In this document: one piece after another, positions 1 to 9,510 of the stretch
Numbering within the stretch: the stretch's first letter is position 1
Layout of the letters: the number at the start of each line of letters is the position of its first letter
IMG/VR virus record: IMGVR_UViG_3300014208_000077
Coordinates: 1 to 39,390 of that record
Length of the DNA: 39,390 bases
Reading direction: 5' to 3' (one strand)
DNA from: a virus
Lineage: Duplodnaviria > Caudoviricetes
The notes under the pieces: generated by a model
What the model saw: only the letters and a program-made list of their open reading frames with translations
The model's database searches: none
What the model was told of the DNA's origin: nothing
Made by a program: the position numbers and the translations under genes

Positions 1-2469
1 AGAAGTGTACTGTAGGTTGACAGCATCGATGCCCACCGCATTAGGATCACCGGGGGCAAAGAACTTTGCCCTCTTTCCGACTAGCTGGAGACTGGTCGTG
101 CACTCGCCGCCCACACTGTGAGAGTGTGCAAAGCTATTACAGTAGTAGTAGCAGTCGAGGTAGGGAATGTACACAGGATAGCCGGGACGAATTTCAGGAC
201 GCTCAGGAATGGTCACTGAGGCTGACTTCGAGGGTGCATTCATGACGTCGAGACGATTCACGGCGGCAAAAAACATCTGCCGAGGATCCGTGAAATACGC
301 TGTCTCGTAGTTGCCTGGGCGCCACCCATACTGAGCTACCAAACGGTAGTCAATGTACTGACCCTGCACACCCCACTCGTTCTCAACCCCATGTCCGCCA
401 AGGTTCTGGAATGGAGTGCCCTTACAGGTCATGTAGGTGACCTGGGGCTCTTTCTCATCGAAAGAGATGTTGATGATGTCGATGTCCTCAATCCGATAAA
501 CTCGGCTGGAGGATGTGTCCAGGTTATACATGGGGGGCTTGAAAACGAAGTCCCCGTCAACGTCCTGATAGAACTCGAACCCGGTGACTTCACAGACTTT
601 CTGGGCAATGTCGAGCTTGGATTCATAGGTGCTTTCGAAGAGCTGAATCTGTCCCCACTGCCCGATATTCGACACAAACGCCTGCATCTCAATCATGTTG
701 AGATCAAAGCCCGCTCCCTCCACAGGAGCGGATTTGTCTGTCCAGTTCAGACTCCGGAGAGAACCGGGATTCATCAGCATAGCAGTAGCAGTAGATTGAT
801 TAAGGATTTGCCCCTCTTTACCTGATGGCTTGATCTTACCAAGATTCCCACGGATCAAACGTGTTAGCTCATCCGAACTAGTGCGCCCCAGATAAGCAGC
901 CTGAGCAGAGTTGAAGATCTGCCCCGTTGCTCCGTGCAGTCGAAGTTTGATCTCACGCTTATTGAAACGCTGCTGCCAGTACCGGATGTTGAGGGAAAAC
1001 ATGCTCTCATCAGTCAAAGGTGACCGAGCGTCCTGGTTACCTTTCTGAGACAGAGCCCATGCCACCCCACCAGCCGACCCCGCCGTATCATTGTGCAGAT
1101 AGTAGATGATCTGATAAGGATGCCAGCCCGTGAAGTTATGCCCCACCATCGACATCTTCAACTTGGAGTTGGAGGGTCGAGCCCCGAATAGCGAGGCATT
1201 GGTCGACATCTGGTGGTACTGCCAAAAGTGCAACATCGAGGCACACTGGACGGTGATCGTCTGCACTCCGGCACTGTAGGAATGCCCTACCTGGGTCACC
1301 ACGCCATGAAACACATGGTAGTAGGGGTAGGCAAGAACGTCTTCGATGTTGTACCCACTAGCACCATAATCGGATAGGCGTAGGTGTCCTTCTGGAGCCT
1401 GCACCACCTGTTTAGTGTCAACTGCCACAGCAGCCTGATTCCAGGTTGCAACAATAGGATCTGCAGCTTGTAAAGCTGTCTCAGCTTGACTCCGAATCTT
1501 CTCTGCACTTAGGGAGTAGCGCACCCCATAGAAACGAATCCAATTTCGATCCAAACCAGGGAAAGTGACCTCATCCAATCCTCCGGGTCCAGCTGCAGTC
1601 CACTCAGCCTGAACGACCTCTGGATCCTTGGAGAGCTTGGGGTTCTTTTTATGGGACACGTTCTGCGTTGCAACGTGCATGAAGTTAACAATGCGTCCTG
1701 AACTGTCCCCGGTTTGAGAACGATCCTCCAGGACTTTCTGGATTTCCTTGACCGTTGACAACATTTTGTCTTCAGACGGAATTCGTTTGGTGCTGTAGGG
1801 ACGTCCCTCTTGCCCCTGCTGTCCCGTAGAAGTAGCTGTTGGCCCCACAGCCACTTTCCACAAGGAACCACCATATCTCCCTGAGGCTAACCGATTGTAC
1901 AGCGTGTGGACAATGTATTGCCGTTCTGCTGCACTTCCTGATTCAGAATTCAAAACAATCGCCGCTGCTACAATATCCTCGGACACCCCTAGACGCTGTC
2001 CCCACTCTTGCACCTGATCTTCTGTCAGGCTCGTTGCATCCGGGGAGACAGCACCTAAAGATCTGGTCTCAACTTCGACTTGGGATGTTGTACCTTGCAG
2101 CTCTACTGCCTGATTGCCTACAGGCTGGTCAGTGTTTGAATACAACCCTTTGATGGGGAAGTACCCCCGCAAATAGACGTGGGTTTCCAAACCTGGGTGC
2201 AGCAGGAACTGAGCATCCCTGGTGAATGAGTTGAGGTCATGTACGGGGACGGACAGCGTAAAACTCGCCGAGGCACCACCGGCATCAGTACCAGCGTCTA
2301 CGGACACCTCTGTGATGTACTGCTGGAGGTCGATCTTGCTGTTGCACTTGGCACAGCCAGGGAGCGCAGTGTCCCCATTCAAGTAGACCAAAGCGTCAGG
2401 AGCATACTGGACGAGTTTCTGGCGTCCCAGTCGCCAAGTGCCAATGTAGGGGCGGTTCTCGATGCTCAT
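1..2469 (-). CDS. Baseplate hub protein (gp27/gpD-like) with inserted SleB/Hydrolase_2-like domain; runs off the window edge
   Basis: Not in the ORF track because no stop lies in the window. ATG at 2469 overlaps the upstream stop (ATGA) and follows GGAGG. Manual translation of 2469-1200 and 300-1 is open in one frame: MSIENRPYIGTWRLG...YITEVSVDAG...ASFTLSVP, then VFHGVVTQVGHSYSAGVQTITVQCASMLHFW, then SASVTIPERPEIRPGYPVYIP..YYYCNSFAHSHSVGGECTTSLQL. These are hub-like motifs in the expected position after the tape measure and tube-like genes. Confidence 0.8.
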   Translation of the reverse strand, partial: MSIENRPYIGTWRLGRQKLVQYAPDALVYLNGDTALPGCAKCNSKIDLQQYITEVSVDAGTDAGGASASFTLSVPVHDLNSFTRDAQFLLHPGLETHVYLRGYFPIKGLYSNTDQPVGNQAVELQGTTSQVEVETRSLGAVSPDATSLTEDQVQEWGQRLGVSEDIVAAAIVLNSESGSAAERQYIVHTLYNRLASGRYGGSLWKVAVGPTATSTGQQGQEGRPYSTKRIPSEDKMLSTVKEIQKVLEDRSQTGDSSGRIVNFMHVATQNVSHKKNPKLSKDPEVVQAEWTAAGPGGLDEVTFPGLDRNWIRFYGVRYSLSAEKIRSQAETALQAADPIVATWNQAAVAVDTKQVVQAPEGHLRLSDYGASGYNIEDVLAYPYYHVFHGVVTQVGHSYSAGVQTITVQCASMLHFWQYHQMSTNASLFGARPSNSKLKMSMVGHNFTGWHPYQIIYYLHNDTAGSAGGVAWALSQKGNQDARSPLTDESMFSLNIRYWQQRFNKREIKLRLHGATGQIFNSAQAAYLGRTSSDELTRLIRGNLGKIKPSGKEGQILNQSTATAMLMNPGSLRSLNWTDKSAPVEGAGFDLNMIEMQAFVSNIGQWGQIQLFESTYESKLDIAQKVCEVTGFEFYQDVDGDFVFKPPMYNLDTSSSRVYRIEDIDIINISFDEKEPQVTYMTCKGTPFQNLGGHGVENEWGVQGQYIDYRLVAQYGWRPGNYETAYFTDPRQMFFAAVNRLDVMNAPSKSASVTIPERPEIRPGYPVYIPYLDCYYYCNSFAHSHSVGGECTTSLQLVGKRAKFFAPGDPNAVGIDAVNLQYTS

Positions 2470-3833
2470 CGGTTACCTCCCCGGAACGGAGTCACCCGGT
2501 TCGGGACTGCCAGGTTCACTTCACGTTGCCCTGGCGTACTGACCGTTACCGGTGTGAAACCCTTATTCCCTACCGGCTGGGAGGGTAGCCCACGCACCAA
2601 ACCTGCTTGCTGGTCAGCGGTCAATGTTGATGGGTTGAACACCAAAGCTCCTGGAGTCATCAACTGATAGACATCCGTACCGCTAACAGCACGTCCTTGA
2701 GTTGACAGCCTAGGGGAGCCATCAGAGTCCAGCCCAAGCGAAAAAGTGCCCGACTGATTACTTGGCAACTGCTGCCCACTGTAGCGTGGGTCACTTGCAC
2801 TCGGCACAGGCGAACGCATTGGGGTTACGGCAAAAGAGGACTGTGAGTTGTCCAGGATCTGGGATGCCGTGAACTCCATTGAGAACTCAAGCCCACCATT
2901 CTGGAGGTTCTCCTCCTCTGTCCAGCTGAAGGATTCCATGTGCCCGAAATATGTCCAGCCATCATAGTTGATGGACAGGGCACCCACCACATGGTGGGCA
3001 TTCGATTTTCCAATGGTGTCATAAATGTAGCCGTTGTTCCGGTACAAATGAAAGGCAGCCATGAGATTCTGCCAGGAGGCTGAGTCCTGCCGGGATGCAA
3101 ACTGTACCCCTCGCTCCCCGGACACATAAGCACCGCACTTAGCCGTGATCGAGAGTTTGACCTGCTCCTCACCCCACTGATGGAACTTGAACCCGTACCG
3201 GGTGCGGTCAGAGTACTGCTGCACCTTGGTGTAGCTGAGTTGCAGTGTGGTGGGATTCACCAGCAACACCAAAGGAGGTGTGTTGATCACTGCCGACAGC
3301 TGCCGGGCAATATCAATGGCAGTATTGATGTCAGCAATTGCTGGTGTGCCCAAACGAGTATCTGAGGCTGACTGTCCTGGCTTGGGGCGTGTGCGTCCAA
3401 TCCCTGACTGCACAAACTCTGACACATCCCCCATGCCCCCATCCATTCCGAGGTAGGTCAGATTGGAACGGTAGAGAGCTTGCCTAGCAGAGTTGTAACC
3501 CGACGTCTGCTGCCCGGCAGCGCCATAGAGATTGACTTGAACCTGTCCCGTCTGCTGGTTCAGGAAGCCACCAGCTTCCCCATAGATCAGGGGAGGCTCC
3601 ACCTGAAGCATGAAGGGGGACAAGTTGCGGAGCATCGCATTGGACTGCTCAACCGGAAAAGTCTGGTTGCTCTCGTACTCAATGCTCAGATCGGGCCCGG
3701 TTTTGAGCCCCCCAAAAGCAGTAGGTGGCGGCGGACGCTTGACCGCTTGCCGGATCAAGGTTTCCCGGTCAGGCTTGGCTTGGTGGTACAGCGCAGTCTG
3801 ATTTGCGAGTTCTGGAGTGGGAACCGTAGCCAT
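2466..3833 (-). CDS. Baseplate tube-like (tail tube initiator, gp48/gp54-like) protein
   Basis: 455 aa. Core LVLLVNPTTLQLSYTK...HQWGEEQVKLSI...YFGHMESFSWTEE...FSMEF is paralogous to the adjacent 207-aa ORF. Lies between tape measure and hub. Confidence 0.65.
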   Translation of the reverse strand: MATVPTPELANQTALYHQAKPDRETLIRQAVKRPPPPTAFGGLKTGPDLSIEYESNQTFPVEQSNAMLRNLSPFMLQVEPPLIYGEAGGFLNQQTGQVQVNLYGAAGQQTSGYNSARQALYRSNLTYLGMDGGMGDVSEFVQSGIGRTRPKPGQSASDTRLGTPAIADINTAIDIARQLSAVINTPPLVLLVNPTTLQLSYTKVQQYSDRTRYGFKFHQWGEEQVKLSITAKCGAYVSGERGVQFASRQDSASWQNLMAAFHLYRNNGYIYDTIGKSNAHHVVGALSINYDGWTYFGHMESFSWTEEENLQNGGLEFSMEFTASQILDNSQSSFAVTPMRSPVPSASDPRYSGQQLPSNQSGTFSLGLDSDGSPRLSTQGRAVSGTDVYQLMTPGALVFNPSTLTADQQAGLVRGLPSQPVGNKGFTPVTVSTPGQREVNLAVPNRVTPFRGGNR

Positions 3834-4456
3834 CAGAGACCTCCCCCACGAAACAGCTGAATCTCATGGTCTACGGTAAAGGATGCCGTCAGCGCAAACA
3901 TGTACGGTTTAGAGGCATCCTCACTTACATTGCAGCTAGCAAACCACCCGAAATAGATTCCGTTATCGAAAGTTACCTTGAGAATTCCTTGGAAAACAAT
4001 CTTGCCCGTTGTGTCATAGATGGCGGCGTTGTTGTGGAAAAGTGCCAGCATATCCAAGTACTTATCATAGGCAATAGTCTCCCGTCTGCTGCCTCCTGTA
4101 GAGAAAGCTCCAGGGCCACCAGTTATGTTGGACAGCCCTGAGTAGAGCCGCATAAACCCACCTGTTGCCATGTTGAATTCGATAGTGCGGGCACCTTCCC
4201 CCCAGTGTTGCTCAACAAATCCCCCTTTGGTTTGGAGGCGAGAAATCACTTTGGTGTAGCTCATCGCCATGGAGGAAGGGTTGACATGCAGCACCAGCTT
4301 CATCCCATCAGGCAGGATGCTTGTCTCCAGATCTGGTGCCAGGATGTCGAACACCACAGGTCGCACACCACGGTTAGTATCGTAGGCATCATCAGGTGAC
4401 CGGAAGGCTGACCGGAAAACCGGGATGAGATTGCTACGAGTACTCCTTGGTGGCAT
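3833..4456 (-). CDS. Baseplate tube-like (tail tube initiator) protein
   Basis: 207 aa. LVLHVNPSSMAMSYTK...EQHWGEG...YFGWFASCNVSEDASKPYMFALTASFTV is a tube-fold pattern. Lies directly after the tape measure. Confidence 0.7.
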   Translation of the reverse strand: MPPRSTRSNLIPVFRSAFRSPDDAYDTNRGVRPVVFDILAPDLETSILPDGMKLVLHVNPSSMAMSYTKVISRLQTKGGFVEQHWGEGARTIEFNMATGGFMRLYSGLSNITGGPGAFSTGGSRRETIAYDKYLDMLALFHNNAAIYDTTGKIVFQGILKVTFDNGIYFGWFASCNVSEDASKPYMFALTASFTVDHEIQLFRGGGL

Positions 4457-4457
4457 T

Positions 4458-7400
4458 TTACTTCAAGACCCCGGCTTGCTGAGCCTTGGTGATGGTCTGA
4501 AGCACTCCGGGGCCGTCATTGTACATGTGATAAACGTTAGTCGTTCCGCTCCCGCCGCCCCCTGCCTTGCTCAAGGCACCCCCGGGCTTGGAGAACACGC
4601 CCACGTCACCCGGGTCAACCCGTTGAGCGAACTTCACCCCACCGGAACCAATCTGCATGACCAGATCCTGGGCTCCACTCCGCAGAGCCGAGGCACCCAT
4701 AGCTCCCGTGAGTTCCTTATTGGCTTCCAGCAGATCCAGCACTTCGGGACTCAGCATTGATGGGATCTGCCCACCACGAATCGTCTTTGCCATCCCCATA
4801 GCTTCAGCGCCGCCGAAACCACCCTTGGAGGCAAGCAAAGAGGCTAACTTCTCACGAGCTAGAGCCTCTGCTACTTGGTTCCCGATTTCTACTGGCTGCT
4901 TCTCATAGAAAGTGAACTCTTTTTTCTGGAGTACCTCTTGGATCCTTTTCTCTTGGGTTGTTTGATCCTTGAGCAATGCATCGATAGGCTTGCCTTCCTT
5001 GCCTGATGTCGCTGGCATGACGGTGGTACCCGTCAAGTTTCCTAGCTTGACTTCAGCGGTACCACCCGTAGGCATGCCCAAGGATTCAGCCACCAGCTGA
5101 TAGATCTGCTCCTCAGCTGCTGCCTTTGCCTTGGGAGCAGCATAGCCCTTGCCTCCAGCGCCACGGGCCAAACCTCCCCCAGCTGCGATTGTTTTCTCAA
5201 ATGCAGTCTCGCCGGCAACTTTGGCTGCTGTCTCAACCATCTTCCTTGCTTCAGGGCTAAGCACGGATTCAAGTTGCTGCCGAGTAGTTCCACGAGCTTT
5301 GTTCGCTGAGAGTGTCAAGTAAGCGGAGGCGTCCTCAGGATTTGCCAAACCTTCTGTGGAGGTTACATTCCGCAAACCAGAAATTTGGGCACTCTTTACC
5401 TTCAACGCTGCACGCCCGACTTTCAGCCCCTTCTCGATCTGTTCAATCTCGGTGACCAGTTTTTCTCTAGCTTCCTTGGACATCGTGGATCCAAGCTCTT
5501 TTTGCTTGCCCGCAAGCAGCCTCTCCTGCTTGAAGATAGACTTGGAACCCGTAGAGAGTTCACTCTGCAGAGTCTTCAAAGCAGAAGCCTTCGCCTCTGC
5601 CTCTTTGCCTTTCAGCCCCTTAGAACGCAGACCCAGCAGATCCGCAATGTAGGACACACTTTCATCAATGCTGGCAAGTAATGCCTCAACACCCTGCTCC
5701 AGGATCTTGGTCATGTCAGTGGTGTTAGAAGCTACCTCTTGTGCCAAACGGATGTCCTCAGGAACAGCTGCCTTACTCAGTTCCCCGGCACCGGTAGCTA
5801 GGATCAAAGACTCAGCCGTAGTGTCCAGCTTGGCTCCGGTTTCATCAAAGATCTCACCTGTTTCCTTCATTGAGATCTTCCAGGCTTTGCCGAAACTTTC
5901 GTTGAATTGCTGAGCCATCTCCACAGGATCTGTAGACTTCTTCAATTTCTCCACGAATTGCTTGATGGTCGATTCTCGACCACGAAACTCTTGCCCCACC
6001 TTGAACAGCTGCATGGCAGCTTCACCTGACTTACCAGTGATGCTTTCCCAAGCCATCCGGCTCTTTTCATCTGTGAGATCAATTTCATCTAGGCTTTTGT
6101 GCAGCACTCCGCGGATTTCATTGAGCTGCAACACCAGCACTTCAGCAGGATCCGAAAACTGACGTGCTGCCTGGGCGCCACCCAGACCTCCCCGGAAAGC
6201 TAGGGACTTGTCGATGGCACTACCAAGCATTCGAGCAACGGATTCTCCTTCCTTTCCACCCATTGCCCTAGCTTGCGACGTGACCTTAGCTTGCTCCTCA
6301 CCGGACATCTTCCCGAGTTTCTTGGCAAACTCCTCGGGACCCTCACCACCGGTAATTCCCGCTGATGCCAGAACACTTCGGATGCCCTCCGCCGCTGCGG
6401 GTGATTCCTTACCCAAGGAAGCCAGCTTGGTCTGGAAATCTGAGGCTGTCTTGATGGCGCCTTTCTGTGAAATCTTCAGGGCAAAGTCCAGACCTGTGGT
6501 CATTGTCTTCTTGACCCGGTCTTGGGTGCCTTCATCCTTGAAGCCCTTGGTCAGCTGCTGAACAAAGTCCCCACTCATCTTTTGACCAAGGATCTTGCCA
6601 AGCTGGGTCAACAAACCTGCGGTCTCATCCAACCGTACGTTGTACATGGACATCCCAGAAGTTGCCTGAAGCAACATGCCCATGAAACGCTTGGTGGCGA
6701 ACCCAGACTCTTTTGCCACTACCGCAATAGCACTGAACTTTTCCTGCACCTCGGACAGAGAGAGCCCAAGCTCTTCCATGTAGTCAGCAGTGGATGTTGC
6801 AACTTCCGTTGTGGTCATCCCCAGCAGCTTGGAGTAAGTCAAAGCTGAGGCTGTAGCCTTTTGCAGCCTGTCAATCTCTTCGGCTGAATCTTTAGCCCCT
6901 GCCGTAAGCTCCTTGAAAGTCAAGCCAGCCTGAGAGTAAGCTGCCAGGATCTGCAGGTGGTCTTTAGCCGTAGTGCCCCAAAGGCGATTGAAACTGAAAG
7001 ATGTAAAAGCCTCCCTGACCGTATCCAGGCTCTCGGTGACCCCTTTGAACTCAGTCTGCATGTCCCCGGCTGCCACACCATTCTCCATCAAGGTGCGGTT
7101 GAACTCTTTTGCCTGGGCATCTGCATCCACAATGACCTTGGCTACAGCAGCAAAACCTGCTGCAATGCCTCCAATGGCTGTAAGGGCGGGTCCAAGCTTG
7201 GTCAAAATCTGACCAAGCCCACCCAGCATCCCACCACTTTCCGCTGTGGCCGCCCCCGCGGTCTTTGCCCCGGCGCCCATCTTTTTCAGGATGCCCGCAA
7301 AACTCCCAAGATCCTTTGACTGAACATCCTTGATGACATCACCGATGCCTTCACCGGCTTTCTCAGAAACACGAGCAAACTTGCCCAGTTTCCCTTTGCC

Positions 7401-7946
7401 CCCCAGACCAAGTTCTTTCTGGGCTTCAGCAACCCTGGTCTGCTTTTTCTTTTGATCCTCCAGCACCTTGTCGAAGGCACGCTTGTGCGCTGTTGCCTCC
7501 GCCAGGGCTGTCATTTTGGCATCCTTGAGTTGCCGAGCGTGCTCCTCACTGTAGTTCTTCAGTGCCAATTGGGCTTCAACAGCCTTCAGCTTTTGTGCCA
7601 TCTGCAGGCGTTCTTTAGACTCCTCCTGCAGTCCTTTCAGCTTTTCCTCGATCTCTTTCTTGGTGATCTCCAGCACAGCTCTTTGCTCAGCCGTGATGGT
7701 TTTTTCTCGCATCTTTCGATCAAGTTCCAGAACCTTGGCAGAGGCATCCAGGTACGACTGGTTGAGATGCTCAACTTGTCGCTTCAGACGTGACAAGGTC
7801 TGCGGACTGATATTGACCTGGGCGGCTTCTCGAAGTGCCCCCACCAACTTTTTCTCAAAGTCGGCGGAGGTGCGGTTAAGTTGCTCCAGTGCCTTGGCAT
7901 CGACGCCAATCTCAAGCATACTTGCGGATCTGGAGGAGCCTAGCAT
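4458..7946 (-). CDS. Tail tape measure protein
   Basis: 1162 aa, Ala/Gly/Lys/Glu-rich and helical, with an N-terminal coiled coil and a hydrophobic segment (LGPALTAIGGIAAGFAAVAKVIV). Follows the tube and chaperone genes. Confidence 0.85.
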   Translation of the reverse strand: MLGSSRSASMLEIGVDAKALEQLNRTSADFEKKLVGALREAAQVNISPQTLSRLKRQVEHLNQSYLDASAKVLELDRKMREKTITAEQRAVLEITKKEIEEKLKGLQEESKERLQMAQKLKAVEAQLALKNYSEEHARQLKDAKMTALAEATAHKRAFDKVLEDQKKKQTRVAEAQKELGLGGKGKLGKFARVSEKAGEGIGDVIKDVQSKDLGSFAGILKKMGAGAKTAGAATAESGGMLGGLGQILTKLGPALTAIGGIAAGFAAVAKVIVDADAQAKEFNRTLMENGVAAGDMQTEFKGVTESLDTVREAFTSFSFNRLWGTTAKDHLQILAAYSQAGLTFKELTAGAKDSAEEIDRLQKATASALTYSKLLGMTTTEVATSTADYMEELGLSLSEVQEKFSAIAVVAKESGFATKRFMGMLLQATSGMSMYNVRLDETAGLLTQLGKILGQKMSGDFVQQLTKGFKDEGTQDRVKKTMTTGLDFALKISQKGAIKTASDFQTKLASLGKESPAAAEGIRSVLASAGITGGEGPEEFAKKLGKMSGEEQAKVTSQARAMGGKEGESVARMLGSAIDKSLAFRGGLGGAQAARQFSDPAEVLVLQLNEIRGVLHKSLDEIDLTDEKSRMAWESITGKSGEAAMQLFKVGQEFRGRESTIKQFVEKLKKSTDPVEMAQQFNESFGKAWKISMKETGEIFDETGAKLDTTAESLILATGAGELSKAAVPEDIRLAQEVASNTTDMTKILEQGVEALLASIDESVSYIADLLGLRSKGLKGKEAEAKASALKTLQSELSTGSKSIFKQERLLAGKQKELGSTMSKEAREKLVTEIEQIEKGLKVGRAALKVKSAQISGLRNVTSTEGLANPEDASAYLTLSANKARGTTRQQLESVLSPEARKMVETAAKVAGETAFEKTIAAGGGLARGAGGKGYAAPKAKAAAEEQIYQLVAESLGMPTGGTAEVKLGNLTGTTVMPATSGKEGKPIDALLKDQTTQEKRIQEVLQKKEFTFYEKQPVEIGNQVAEALAREKLASLLASKGGFGGAEAMGMAKTIRGGQIPSMLSPEVLDLLEANKELTGAMGASALRSGAQDLVMQIGSGGVKFAQRVDPGDVGVFSKPGGALSKAGGGGSGTTNVYHMYNDGPGVLQTITKAQQAGVLK

Positions 7947-7954
7947 CTCAGTTT

Positions 7955-8293
7955 CTACCTCGTAGCATTAGTGCTATCGACCACCTGACCATTCACTACC
8001 TGCATGACCCCGGGATCCACTTTGACCGTAGACTGAAGCAAGCCATAGATGAGGCACAAATTCTGATGCTGGTATGGATACCTTGGAGGGTCAGCTAGAT
8101 CCTGCCACGTCTGACGACTTTGCTCGAAACGTTCCAGAAGCAGACGTTTGGCTTCAGCGATGATCAGGTCATGGTAGTCGTACTCGCCCGCAACCCACCG
8201 GCGCATCTCCAGGGCAAGTTCTTCTGCCGTCATGGTAATGCCAAGTGGCTCCAGGTTAATCTCAAGTTCTGTTCTTGTTTTACCGAAAGCCAT
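7955..8293 (-). CDS. Small protein, partial paralogue of the C-terminal half of the upstream 403-aa protein
   Basis: TAEELALEMRRWVAGEYDYHDLIIAEAKRLLLERFEQSRQ matches SADDLVDEMKRWVTGEDDWHDQIVNEYKRKVSERYEQEKQ. KVDPGVMQVVNGQVV matches KADAGALKVEDGVLV. SD GAGG/AAGG upstream. Confidence 0.7.
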   Translation of the reverse strand: MAFGKTRTELEINLEPLGITMTAEELALEMRRWVAGEYDYHDLIIAEAKRLLLERFEQSRQTWQDLADPPRYPYQHQNLCLIYGLLQSTVKVDPGVMQVVNGQVVDSTNATR

Positions 8294-8298
8294 CTTCC

Positions 8299-9510
8299 TT
8301 ACCTCTCGAAGTCGTCACTTCCAGTTTGGAAAGGCACCATCCGTTGGGCTAACTGATCAGTCAGATCCTGACCTGGGTTTGCCACCAAGACTCCATCCTC
8401 AACCTTCAGCGCCCCTGCATCCGCCTTCCTGTGTAGGTACTTCTCATAGAGGTATTCTCGACCAGAGTTGGTTCCCGAGGCTACGTGTTTCACTCCAGCA
8501 GGACCCGGCTGACGCTGTTTCAACAGACTTTGCAGCTGTTCCGAGGTGTAAGCCACCATCTGTTGAGGCATCATAGATTCCTCAAGCTCGATCTGCTGCT
8601 CACGCCAAGCCGCTGCACGCCGCTGCCGCTCCTGCTTTTCCTGTTCGTAGCGTTCCGAAACCTTGCGCTTGTATTCATTCACAATCTGATCGTGCCAGTC
8701 ATCCTCTCCGGTCACCCACCGCTTCATCTCATCCACAAGATCATCAGCGGACTTGGAGCCGTTCCCTAGCATGGGACGAACAGTCGTCTTTTCGTCCTGG
8801 GGCTTGATGACACCCATCCGGGTGTAAAACATCCGGTCGGCTACATTCTGTCGGTGCTCAAGCTCTGTCTTTTTTCGTTCTTTGTCATGGGTGTCGATCT
8901 TCTTGACGCCCTTGGGTGCCATGGCGGAAGTTACGAGCTTGAAACCTTCCCAAGTAGCATCCTCTTCTAGTTGGGCATCCTCGACACGGTTGAAGAATGT
9001 CCACATTCGCTGGACATAATTTGTACCCATCCTATCCACACCAGGAATGCCCGAGTGCATGTTGGGGAGTTGCCCACCACCGGCTCTCCACCTAAACCGT
9101 GAGATGGACTCATAGCAGTAGGCTTCGGTGGCTTCCAAAGCCAAGCCCTGTCGAACAAACAACCCAGACACCAGGCTGAACAAAACTTCTCGGACGTACT
9201 TGGGAAGCCGCCAGATCATTTTTGCCAGCCTGGGGGCTGCGTGAACCTCATCTAACAAACAGTAGCCGTCCACCATCCAGATTGCGGATGCTATTGCCCA
9301 GACTTTCCAGTCATCATCAAGACCCGAGGATGCCCTTGCCTTAAGCAACACCACATCCCCGGGACCCAAAGACCTCAAAGAAACAGAGATCCCTTTGATC
9401 CTTACGGAATGGCTTAGAAAACCATTCAGAATCAAAGTCTCAACGTCCTCATAGAATGGGGCACGTTGATCTTGGGTTGTTCTGGGCAGCAGGATGGGAT
9501 CCATGATCAC
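8299..9510 (-). CDS. Putative tail assembly chaperone (second)
   Basis: 403 aa, between tube and tape measure. The pattern VSLRSL...WAIASAIWMVDG resembles the upstream chaperone (ITVHAL...VLAYAIVEIGG). Confidence 0.5.
   Translation of the reverse strand: MIMDPILLPRTTQDQRAPFYEDVETLILNGFLSHSVRIKGISVSLRSLGPGDVVLLKARASSGLDDDWKVWAIASAIWMVDGYCLLDEVHAAPRLAKMIWRLPKYVREVLFSLVSGLFVRQGLALEATEAYCYESISRFRWRAGGGQLPNMHSGIPGVDRMGTNYVQRMWTFFNRVEDAQLEEDATWEGFKLVTSAMAPKGVKKIDTHDKERKKTELEHRQNVADRMFYTRMGVIKPQDEKTTVRPMLGNGSKSADDLVDEMKRWVTGEDDWHDQIVNEYKRKVSERYEQEKQERQRRAAAWREQQIELEESMMPQQMVAYTSEQLQSLLKQRQPGPAGVKHVASGTNSGREYLYEKYLHRKADAGALKVEDGVLVANPGQDLTDQLAQRMVPFQTGSDDFER

Noticed and set aside
391-2667. Short ORFs listed in the first 2.7 kb
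   Set aside because: All overlap the long minus-strand hub frame or its upstream gene in other frames or on the other strand.
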